Assembly: GCF_902652985.1 (NCBI RefSeq)
Contig: NC_047015.1
Location: 19,096,001-19,160,000, forward strand
Direction: 5' to 3'
Origin: Pecten maximus
Taxonomy: Eukaryota
DNA length: 64,000 bases
This document shows positions 51,948-64,000 of the stretch, piece after piece (position 1 is the stretch's first letter; every line of letters starts with the position of its first letter). The notes beneath the pieces were generated by a model, which worked only from the letters and a program-made list of their open reading frames with translations, was not told the origin of the DNA and ran no database searches. Both the position numbers and the translations under genes were made by a program.

Positions 51948-54900
51948 TGTGATGATGTGGAGGCCAAGGTTACAGTAATCATGAAACTCACATAATGCCA
52001 ACCATGACTGTTCACAGTAAATGATCCTGCTTGTTGTAAACTCCCATGGGGAAATATGAGAATGTTTCCATAGCAAACAGTTTAATCCTACAACATTCAT
52101 CTAACAGGCATCATATGTGCTGAAGTGCTTTACAGACTGAACTTTTACACTGAATACATTATCAGATGTGAATCCTGAAATAAATTTACTGGTTTGTAAA
52201 GTTTTTGTAAAATCATGTTATAAAGAACATTCTTCAGTTATGGCTGCAAGAACATGCAATGTTTTATCAAAGTATCTGTGATATATTTAATAAATGTAAA
52301 AATCTTATTGTGGAATTTTATTTTTTACTGCAGTTATCATGCATTACTCACCAACATTATCAGAATGTGAAGAATCTTGCATTCAAATCAGTATTAACCT
52401 TTGTTTATGTTTCTGTAGCAATATAAGATATGGATCCACTCCGTTATTTCTGATCTTCCATTTCCTGTATAAAAATGTCCCTTTCCAGAAATACAACAAT
52501 GTAATTTATTTAGGACTTTACAAACACATTGTTATGTAAGTTACCTTCAACAAAATCCAGTGTGATCTATTGTAAGGCTCTTTTGTCAGTGAATGCAATT
52601 CTCATTTACTGTTGAACCATGTAATTTACTTGTAGCCGGAAGCTTCCATAGCAAGCTTAAGAGTATTAATGGATATATGGAAAAAGTCTGTCAACTCTTA
52701 CTGCAAAAATTCTATTTATGGTAATGGTACCCCAATTTTTGACTTTTTTGTTTTGTTTTGAAGCAGTCTCTAATTTGAGAACACGTGCATGAAGATAATT
52801 GCAGAAATAAACGACTATAAGCAGTGATTGAGAATGCCATACCTGGTATGTAACATTAGATATATTCACGTTATGAAGGGCATTTGGACCTCCAAGACTT
52901 GCATGGTCCTCAGCACCCCAGGGAATGAAAATTTGAGGACTATAGCGAATGGGAAACTAGTGTACAACGATATGTATGTATCTGCAGAGGTCAGAGCGAC
53001 CCTTACTGAAGTATTGATGCTATATGCAGCTCTTGTCAGATTTGTATGCAAATGAGCTTTGCTGCACCAAAGCCATGCACTTTATGGACTGTCTTTTGGT
53101 TAAGAAATTGCCAGATAAAAGTAATTCTTCCAATTCTGATTACAGACATGCACCAACTAAATATCAATTTATGGGACAAAATATCCATTTTTTCATGCAA
53201 TTATTAACCGACATCAAATTTCAAATTAGTCATTTATTGTGGCATACAGTGGCAGTTTAATGGACTGATAAAACAAATGAAAATTACATTCAATAATACT
53301 TTGACAAAATCCAGGCATTATATCTCACTACATCCATTTATGACTAAAAATAATGCCCCCTTAATTTATCTCAAGTTTCCTCTACAATTATCCTACTTTC
53401 GGCAACCATCAATCATTGTTTAACTGGAGTTCAACTATTCTATCTTATTGCAGCATTCTCTAGTTGTTTTTGATTAGTGTTTCTTGTACGATTAACAGCA
53501 CCATTTTTGGAAAGTAAAAACAATTTGAAAGTAAAGTTTCTGGCACTGAAGTGCAATCTATAGTAGCAGCTTTTAAAAAAGATGCTTCAGTTGTGCTTCT
53601 TGCTGAACTTACCCATTCATTTACTGCTCACAAATATGCAAAAGGCAATAAGCCCTATATTGCTGCGAGTTTTCTTTAAAGATTGCAGTATCACCAAACT
53701 CCCAAAGAATTTTTCATACACTAATGCCGACAGTGTAATTAACCATTTGTCTTTGCAATTTGTACTTTTGCATATCTGTAGAAATATGTGAATATAGGAC
53801 ATGCACCTATCTTGATTTTTGAATTTCTAACAACTGTAAGTCTGTCCAATTGTATGAAATTATGGTGTTACAAGATAAAATAAGAAGTTATCTTTGAACC
53901 CATTCGAAAACCTTATTGCAGAAATGAAATGAGAACAAATACTTGATACAGGAGTAATAATGTGATATTAATAAGTTCATTCTTATTGACCTTCATTCAA
54001 ACAAGCTAGCAAAACACTGAAGAATTTGAAATGGTCTTAAAAAGAACTATTCCATTTTGTTATTTTCATAAGTTTAGAATTGATTTTGCATGAATCAAAT
54101 CTGCCAAAAGACCCGAGGAATTATAATTATACCCCTTTATTGGAAAACCTTCCACACAGGGTCCTTTATATTTGTGTGAAGTTTCATGGGAATCCAATCA
54201 CCAGCTAAAGAGTTCCCTGGACAATTTTTTTTTGTTAACAGGCAACTAATTCTGGTATACCCCCCACCCCGTTGCGGTGGGGGTATAAAACTGTACTTGC
54301 TATAAAGTTGAGTTTCATCAACATCAATTCAAGTTTTAACACAGGTCAATAACTCTGTTATTCAGGTGTTGTGTGCCTGGAGTCTACTATACCGGCACAT
54401 AGCCTGATACACATACAAAGTTTCATGATCCTTGCTTAAATGGACAAAGTCATGCTCTGAACACATGAAGGACAGATGGCAAGACAGAAGGACCAAGAGG
54501 CAACTATACGCTCCCCTGAAACTTTTGGGAGCAAAATGAAAAAGAGTGAACAAACTTAATCAAAATTCTTTAAATATTTTATTCACCTATAAATAATCAG
54601 TGCATTAACAGGTATATTTTTGCGAGTTCCAGTGAAAATGAGACTTTGTTATTCTGATCAAATAACCACACAACACTGGGATCTCATTTAATACATACAC
54701 ATCCACACAACTTGCATTCCTTCGCACACACACAATTTATAAATGTACCACAAAATCAACAAATCAGTTATGTAAAACCCAGTAATGATGGATTTCTATT
54801 TTTAAAATAACTGTAGCACTACTTAATTCATTAAGTTTTGTAAAACTGCAGCACAACTTCACTTAATTGATTAAAACCATGCATACAGGTTTTTGAATGT

Positions 54901-56883
54901 AGGTAATCTCCCTTGTAGTAACAACCATCCTCACCCAACTCCTTCACACAGGTGTACCTGAGTATATGCTGTGTACAGAAACAAGTATGATAGATAGAAA
55001 AGAGGAAGGGGAAAATAATACAAAAACTAACTAGTTTCATGTAGTATCAGAATGACCTAAAAATCCTAGCATCAGCTGCTGAACATAAAAGATTCAGTCT
55101 CCAGAAAAACAACATTTTAAAATTATGAAATTAAAATTAGCTTTTCTATGTAAAATGAATTAAGAATGTTAAAATTGGAAATTCCAAAGGTGAATAAATC
55201 AACAAATTTATATGACCAACCATAAAGCCAAGTCTTTTGTATTGAACATTTCTATAATTAAATCTAATTAACAAATACATACTAATTGTACATTTGCATT
55301 GTCATTCAACAATAGCTCATACTAAGTTTAGTACTGAAAATGGCATCTTTAACAATCTTTGTTTCACTAAAGTGTACAGGTAAATCTAGAACAATACACT
55401 AGAGTACACATGTACCGTTTCAAAAGTTAAAAATATTGAAAGAATGGACAATACAAAAATAGGTGCAAGGTGTTATTGCCACAAAAAAAAAAGTTGTCCG
55501 GGCATGATTTAGTCTTTGATCAAAGTAAAAATGGTGAGTATGCTGTAAAACTTAAATCATGGATGGACCTGTATATAATAAAAACAGCCTGGATTTACAT
55601 CTTTGGCGTGTGATGAATATATCCACAGTTACCAGACTTTTGTCCAGACAACTACAGCTTTCATGAATACTATTTTTGTTACAGAGGCTTTATAATAATA
55701 GAACACATTTATATACTGAGGTATATGTGGTAGTGAATTTTTCTTCAACTATAATATAAAAAATGAACAAGTATTGAACTTTTACCAACACATAATGGCC
55801 GATGAACACTTCTTCCTGTAATTGAGCAAAATGAAAAAAAGATTCCTATGTATTATAATGGCAATATTTCCCAGTACAGCACAAGTTACACAAACTTGAT
55901 GGATTTTGTACATACTTTAACCTTAACTCAAATTGACATATGTCTATGATTTATAAAAACACTTTGAACTATCTTTGTTATTGGGTCCTCAGTAAACTAA
56001 ACTTATTGAGCTGGTATCAGTGATTAAAACAGTATGTAAATAGTTTGTGGGCTATTCCAAAATATATACCCAATTGATAACTCCAAAATTAAAGTAGCAC
56101 TCAATTTCAACTTCCAATCACACTTCAAATAGGAAATGATTGGAATACTACTTATTACACCAATTCTTTACCATGACACCACTAGGAAGAAGGGTCCAAT
56201 GGTAATTGTTGCATCCTCAGTCAGTCATATTAATATTATGACTCCAAAATGAAAGAAATTTTATGCATGGTGGGTGCTGAAGAAATGGATTCTTTAAGAA
56301 AAGTAAAGTTGCCAATTTAATTAAATTTTTTGTGGGTGGTCCTCATTTGATTACCCAAGAGTCCTCCCACTGGGTATTGGGTAGATATCCATCTGGAATA
56401 GCCCTGTCATTATCTTTTACCCTTAAAATGGTTCACATGGTATTAATTGACTCATTTTAAAACCATCATTCTTTCTGTTTTGATGTATGGATATTATAAA
56501 CATCTTAAAAATCTTGATCATGAATGTATCGATGTAAGATCAATGGATTATCTGGCAGCTGTCACAATGGAAAATTACATCAGATATAGCATGTATTTGA
56601 ATCATACATATTTCAAACTATAAATAATGGGGACAAATGAGATCATTAGAATGATGGCTTGCTTACAATTGTTACTGTCAATGTAAAGCAATGAGAAATG
56701 TGGTAACTCCATGGAGAAAACAGACTGATGCCAAATCAGCACTGTAACACTGCCTCTAAATCTTGATGATTTACTCCTCATATTGAAATCATTTAGAAGA
56801 TGTATCCAGCTGTCCTTGCTTAGTATTGAAGGTCCACAACCCATGTATCTATCATACACTAGAAATCCACTCATGTCAGTACA

Positions 56884-59800
56884 TCATATATACCCACACA
56901 AAATCTCCTGTCGATTGTCCTCGTATAACTTTGTCATGTGTGTATATTCGACATTTGCATCAAGAACCTTTATAAAAAGAAAGATAATATTTTGTTAATC
57001 ATACAATTGTTAATTTGGTCAATATATTTTTAATATATACATAATCAAGTGATCAACAGTAAAGTCCAACCAGAATGACCTTCTGTGTTAAACTTTCATT
57101 TAATAGCATATTTAAACAGGGAAAATAGGTGCCACCATTATACACGTTATGCTGTCTAAAATGATCATATGTACCAAATTGTTTACACACATGATCGGGA
57201 GGTCAAAGTTTTCATCTGTTTTTCTCTCTCGACTCTTCATTCAATTATTGATTTTATCCATGTTATGTTTTGATGCTCAAAAACAGCAATAAACATGTTG
57301 ACATCTATGCACAAATAAAATTGTCTATTCTGAATATTCTATGAAAAAGGTCAGTGACAAGTCATTCTGTCAGATTATACATTTTAGCATGCAGGCTCAC
57401 AACATAATAACTAATTAAATGCTTAATCCCTTTGTTACATACATATTTTGCCTCTATGTCCATAATTAATTGTATTTTGTATTTTAACAATATGTAAAAT
57501 AATTTTAACTGAACAATGATATGAAAGAATATCATTGAAGCATAACTGTTTATACATTAGAATTTCATGAACTACTAAATATATTTAAGACAGCGAAGGA
57601 TAATTAAAGGGATATTCTGGACAAGTAAGGATTTTATAATACATTTGAATTAATATTTTTACAAGCTCCAATAATACAGGCCTAGGGCTCGTTTCCCAAT
57701 CTACACCTGCTATAAAATTCAACACCTACCAGCACTGGACAAGGAGATTTGTAGACTTTTTCCTTCACCAGCCATTCTTCATGAAGATCATGCAAATTCT
57801 GTATTAACTCCTAGATATGAGATAAATTTAAAATAAGAATAAAATTAAAGCAAAACTGAACATTCAATATACAATAGTTTGGTCACTTAAGTGATAAATT
57901 GGCTGCATATTATTGTTGAGCAGTGGTTGAGAAATGTTTCTGGACTTGATAATGAGATGAACTTCATCTTGCAACTGACATTAAGTTAGACAGTTTTATA
58001 GTGTTGGGCAATTAAAAGCCCCCCCCCCCATTTCATAGCAGGAGCATAAAATGATCATTAGAATAATAAGATAAGCACCATCGTTTATTAATCAAAACTT
58101 ACTGTTTTTAATGAAATGAAGCAAAATATGTTTTGTTAGTTATTCATGACTGTATGATACAGCAACAAACAATAATTTCCATTTATATCGATTCTCTCTG
58201 GTGCATGAAGTTAGTTATTTCCTTAAATCAAAACTTCCTCACATATGATGAGGTTTCCTTTACAATTTTATTCCTTGAATTATGTTAATAGAAACTATGA
58301 TTTAGTTGAGATTTCATTCAAGTCAACACAGCATGATATAAAACCATTGACAAGTCTTGGTACACTTTCAATTTGAAATCACGGCACTGTTGGTCCAGGT
58401 ATTGACGAGAGCATTTTATGGACAATATATTAGCACAATATATAACCATCAAAATATATCATGTGAAAATTCCCAATTTTGAAGTCACTTTTGAATGATT
58501 AAGTATTAAGACCTATATTAAGGCAATTTTGAAAAATCAAAAACAGCAACAGATAACAAAATGAGATCAAAAATAAAATAAAGGCAATATTCATTAATTT
58601 GTATGAATTTCACCTTTTTTTTTGGTTTTTCCCAATGTCACATTTTGTTGCATTTAAATTCCTAAATCAATGGACCCTAGACCTAGTTGAAAAATTGTAG
58701 GAAAATCCCTGGTTGTTAACATATATGATTAATTATTAACAGACTAACATCTGCATGCTTAAATACTGCATATTCCTCAAAATAATATATATGGTCCCTA
58801 GGAGTTCTAGTAAGAAGTTTTACTGTTATATATTATTTACAAAGTTAGTGTTTTTCCATAAACTCAATATGCTATATGTCAGCCTTGATTTCAATTACTT
58901 TGACTATGAGTAAATTGAGAAAATTAACCTACAAAGGGTACTCCAGCTTCTTCCTTTCTTGATCTCTTCTTGATTCTGTCATAACAGGTTCTGGGATCAG
59001 CTCTCAAGTACACTGAAACACAAATATATGTTTATAGTTGGTGTCTATTTGTATAGCATATATTCTTGTTAAGCTTGAAAGATTCTTGACAACAACCACT
59101 GGGCATTTTAAAAAGTTGGATCCCATGCAGGAAATATTTCACAAATTGTAAGTTTTAACATATAATAACCTATTGGAAAATTTAGCATTTAAAGCAATAT
59201 ACCAGTTCAGTGAAAATGCATGTTTTTAAGAGACATCTGGGATACTTGATAAAAGTATGCAGTGAATCAAGCATTATTCTTACCAATCAAGTCAAGTTCT
59301 GTGTTTTTTCTTTGAGTCAAGAAATCAAACCATTGGTTCAAAATAGCATATTCTAGTCCATTGATGGTTTTGCTGAAACAAAAAAAATAGGCATGAAACA
59401 TAGAAAACATGTGGCTGTAGATCACATTTCACTTCCCTTAACTTTTTAATTGATTTTTAGGAAATCATAATTTTGGTAGGTATATTGACTTTACCAGTCC
59501 TCACATACATTTGAAATTTTCAGTTTTACTCTGTAAACATGTATGCTCCCGTGTTCACTCTCCCAACATTGTCTACAAATCAGACTTAATGCATTATCGT
59601 TGCATTCTCCCAGAGAGTAAATTCATTTAATAAAATCCCAGTCTTCTCTCTTGATTTTGAAAGTACAATTAACATATTAGTATTAGAAATCCTAGCATTC
59701 TATCATCTATGATATTTATAAATTTTGTTCGACAAGTAATTGCAAACAATCACCCTATATACAACACACTTGAATATCATCCATAATCTTCACTCAATTT

Positions 59801-62288
59801 CCAGTCCCTCGACCATAACATACAGGTAATATACATAAAATGACAATTGTGTATACCTTGTCTATGTAAAATAACATCATACCAAGTTGGATTTATATTT
59901 TATGAGCAAAATATCAATGTTGCTGATAGATAGGGCACAGATTACCTTTTCGTCGCAGCCAAGACAAAAAATGTGTGGTCATATACCTTACGAGGAATGA
60001 TTGATAGGTTGCGAGCCTCGTATTGAAGGAGGTACTCAAGGATATTCTTTTTATGTCCTATTCTCTGACTATATAGGGTGGTATACCCAAGGACTGGTCT
60101 CATTTGGCTAGTTTGAATATCGACGAGGTAGCACTCTAAAGTAAACAAGAGAAGCGGCTTTTGCTTTCTGTGAAAGAGCAGTGTACAAATATTTGCATAA
60201 AAAGGTTTAACACCCAAGGATATCTATAATGATTTGGTAGCAACACTAGGGACAGAGCCTTGAGGATGACTCCCATCCTGGAAGGCCTGTCAATGTTGCA
60301 GAAATGGTCAATAAAGTTCATGATATTGTTATGACTGACAAACGAGTCACAGAAAGATATATAGCCAGTAGAGTTGGCATTTCACAGGAAAGAATATTTT
60401 CCATTCTGACAGAGGATCTTGCAATGAGAAAGCTTTCTGCCAAATGGGTACCAAGACTTCTGACAGTTGATCAGAAGCACACATCATGCGTGCTTATCTC
60501 AGCCTTTTTGAAGATCCTTTCTTCAGAGATTTGTCACTATGGACGAAACATGGGTCCATCATTTTACCAGAGAGGCCAAACAACAATTGAAGCACCCTGG
60601 CTCTCCCCCGCCAAAGAAGGCAAAGACTGTTCCATCAGCTGGGAAGGTTATGGCCTGTTTTCTGGGATGCTGATGGTATTCTACCGATAGATTATCTCCA
60701 AAAGGGACAAACAATCAATGGCACATACTATGCTTCACTTCTGAGGCAGTTACAGAAAATATTAAACTTAAGCGCCACGGAAAGCTCACTAAAGGTGTGT
60801 TATTCCATCAGGACAATGCTCCTGTTCACAAGTCTGTCATTGCCATGGCTGCCATTTATGATGGTGGCTTTAAATTGATTGAGCATCCGCATTTTTGAGT
60901 TTTTCACCTGATCTCGCTCTATCAGACTTTCATCTATTTTAAAACTGAAAACAGCTATTTCAGACACCCACTTTCAGTCCGATAACGAAGTGATAGTATA
61001 CATGCAGTGGAGGACTTTCTGAACAGCCAAGAAAAGGAGCTCTATAAAAGTGGCATTGAGGCCCTTAAACACCACTTGCAAAAGTGTATAGATACTGAAG
61101 GGGATTATGTTCAATATGAGGCTCACAACATATCAATCAGCCCTCGTATTAAGGAATATGAACAAACTGTTGGTTGATCAAATCTTTAAAATATTGTTAT
61201 TAGTAGCAAGAAAAAAAAAAAAAATTCCAAAGGGTTCCGTTAAATTTTTATGTGAGGTACCAAAAGTAATCCAGAAAAGTTCTGTTGATATCTATAATCA
61301 TGATACACTAGATTTTATTCATACTCCAACATCCTTTCCCCCCGCACATTTAGCCCCTTGCGTCACTGAAGAGTCATTGATCTAGCCAAAAAGCTGATAT
61401 GCAGTTTTATTTCTTTGTTTGAAATATACACTATTTATTTATCCTTATTCATATTCCAAAGAGTTATTCACCAGCATACCATATGGACATAATTTCCACT
61501 GGTTCACATGAAAAAACACCTAACTGCTGGCTCTATTGACATTCTACTCTGTGTTACTTACTTGAGGTAGTCATTTTCCACGAAGCAGTATCGTGTGCTA
61601 AACAATGACCTCTCCAGCATCTTGACAGGTTTTTCCTAAAATATATTAAAAGACATCGGTAATGACTATTTTACAGATCTAAGAACTCATACAAATAAAA
61701 TTTTCATAAATTTGTTGGTTGAAATTGTTTTGTATGTTAGATTGTTTTATTATATAAAGTTTTACTTTCCTTATTGTTTGGATTCAATTAGGCAATTCAG
61801 TTGATTAATTGTTTTCTCTTATGCATTGTATGAATGATTTTCATTTGAAAAACATTTTTGCAAAGAGCTGACAATTATTACAAGAATCCATACAGCATAG
61901 TTGTGATGGGTGTATTTTACTCACATGCGGACGCATATGCATCTGTATCCTGGTCAGCTGGGCATACAAATTGAAGGAGAAGCTCCATCGATTTGGATCT
62001 TGATACAAAAGTTCCTAAAAACAAAAAGGCAGTGATTATAAGAAAATACAATATATTGTTATGAAGGATATATAATTGTCTAATTTAGAAGCCATCCCTT
62101 TTGAGCAGAGATTTAATAAATCATCCGTCAAAAATTGTTTGGGTCAGATTGACCATGAATTTTGAAGCAAAATTAATAGAAAACTATGAAAACCTTTGAA
62201 ATGGAAAAACAAAGGAGTTTAACCACATACATACCAATGCATTGTGACCTTGAACATTTGTCCACTGCTCTACAGGTTCCCGTATTGC
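56884..62288 (-). CDS. Deoxynucleoside kinase (dNK/TK2-like), 5'-partial
   Basis: Exons 62288-62235 (EPVEQW), 62014-61925 (LYQDPNRWSFSF), 61635-61562 (MLERSLFSTRYCFVEN), 59372-59284, 59012-58933 (YLRADP..RIKKRSRKEE), 57810-57730 (LHDLHEEWL) and 56967-56884 join in frame and carry the dNK-family ERS and lid motifs. The P-loop exon (EGNIGxGK) was not found in the window. Confidence 0.9.
59991..61146 (+). mobile_element. Decayed mariner DNA transposon in a dNK intron
   Basis: TA-flanked ~36-bp TIRs (CGAGGAATGATTGATAGGTTGCGAGCCTCGTATTGAA / TTCAATATGAGGCTCACAACATATCAATCAGCCCTCG). Frameshifted transposase motifs WVPRLLT, TMDETWV, HQDNAPVH and SPDLALSDFHLF. Confidence 0.92.
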
Positions 62289-63204
62289 CTGAAATTACAT
62301 TCAGGAAATATGAGCTTTTCTTTCAAAAGGAAATTCATAAATGACCAAAAGATTTGATCGAAACTTCATCTGCAACAACATAATAGTTACTTATAATCTA
62401 TACCATATTCTTTTTAATCTTTTCTGTTTGGATGCAACAAGGCAATTCAGTTGATTGTTTACTCTCATGCATTGTCTGATTAAAGTTTTTGCATTCTAAA
62501 GCATGTTTTTCTCTTAAGCTATAAATTATTTCAGGAGGTACCATATTATAAATTTGAATATGACATCATCACTTATTATATAATTCAATTTCATTGATAT
62601 TTCAACTACAAAAAATAACCAATAACTCGTTATGTTTTTTTTTACATACAGTGTCAATTATGGCGGTATAACGAGGGTGGCGTTAGTATCGAATCATGAA
62701 AATTACAACAGTAAAAGATAATGTTGTACCAACGTTTTAATAAATACACAATGAGTTAACATATAAGACACCATGGTATTGACCGTACGTTTCATAGCTT
62801 ACAAATACACATATGTAATTTCTGAAAAAAAGTCTGTCGAATTTTATTGGAAATTACGCGGCACTAGATCAAGTCCGAAGAACACGCTTTCGTCTCAGAG
62901 TTTCCATCTCGACTGATGAAGCCAAATCGTTCACGCCATAAATAAAAATACTTATTGAGCAGAAATCAGTCATGCTTTATTACAAATAACAGTGATTTTT
63001 TCATCCCTTTTTTACAGGGGCCTGTACCTTTTCAATTGGGAAAATTTGCTGTTGGTTTTAAAGGGGAAAAAAAGTCAATAACACATCCAAATATTTATTT
63101 ATCTGTTAAACTTTCAACATTCATCTGGCCTAATGATTCTTAATAGCTATCTAAAGGGCCATTTTCCTTGTTTTTTGCCCCTTGAACATGTCCACCAAAG
63201 AGTC

Positions 63205-63660
63205 CAGGCCAGTGGTCATGTTTTTTCAATTTTCTTGAAGGATGTGTCCCAAGTTTTACACCCTTTGTAACAAATGGCTTACAACTCGAATGTGCACCAA
63301 AAAATAAACAATTCTCAAACAATTCTCAGTACTTGCACATGCAGCCACATGTCACACTACTGTGCTAAAGCCAAGAGAAGGCAGATCCATATTTGGCAGC
63401 ATTAAATGTTCGTCTATCGACGCTGCTTATCTTTTCCCCCCAATAAAGTTAATACCAGGTCTTCATTGCGGGTTACATGTACATTGACGTTTGCTACGGG
63501 TAAACATTCCGTCTGGACGGTTGATAAAACAGATTCAATGTTGAATGATGATTCATTGGTTGACGGGTTGTTTGGTATATCGCCGCCGGAAGACTTTTTG
63601 AAGAAGTCACTCACTTTCATAAGGCCTTTCCTATCTTTTTTTGTCCGTCTTTTGACATAA
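63205..63660 (-). pseudogene. Remnant of a hAT-type transposase N-terminus (TTF-type zinc finger)
   Basis: Minus translation RRTFNAAKYGSAFSWL*HSSVTCGCMCKY*ELF...PFVTKGVKLGTHPSRKLKKHD follows the RxF..WL..CxxC.LF..FVTxG..LKKH pattern, with stops and frameshifts. Confidence 0.55.
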
Positions 63661-64000
63661 TACTTCGAGTTGTGCGACTCTTGTTTACATAATCTTAAAC
63701 TTTCAAGCGCTTGTCATAGCATATGTGAGGACACGTGTGCAATTAAAACACTCAATCGACACAGACTTTCGCGATGCTCGATTTGAAACATTGAAGAAAA
63801 TGACATCGATTCAGACACGGAAACAGAAAGCACGGGAATTTGCGATATCGAACACGACCAACATAGAACGAGAACACCGGCGTTGAAAATATCTTGTGAA
63901 ATACATTTTGATCGGCATTTCTTTACACCAATTAATATGAAGGGATATTTTCTGAATGGGAAAATATGAGCAAGAAATTGGGAAAATACAACAAAATTTC

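Overview
AT-rich, intron-rich animal genomic DNA. The gene homologies and repeat types suggest a lophotrochozoan, probably a bivalve mollusc (inference). Six spliced genes were reconstructed by hand from splice signals and translation, in strictly alternating orientation: (1) a PDZ-ZM-LIM (PDLIM/ALP-type) gene on +, first exon(s) upstream of the window; (2) COX10 on -; (3) RPP21 on +, head-to-head with COX10; (4) selenoprotein MsrB1 (SelR/SelX) on -, with an in-frame UGA Sec codon at 35808-35810, a candidate SECIS at ~34952-35034 and a second UGA as terminator; (5) a FAM227-family gene on +, head-to-head with MsrB1, with two minor-spliceosome (U12) introns (one GT-AG, one AT-AC) and an unexplained frame break in one exon; (6) a deoxynucleoside kinase (dNK/TK2-like) on -, whose 5' exon(s) were not found in the window. 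The first 16 kb contain roughly 9 kb of minisatellite, and two of the arrays amplify an exon/intron junction with its 5' splice site. Introns contain a decayed mariner, a hAT/TTF-zinc-finger remnant, a CR1-like LINE fragment, several MITEs and hairpin elements. Most long ORFs in the supplied track come from tandem repeats, and most real exons are missing from it. No tools were run: homologue similarities are recalled, not searched.
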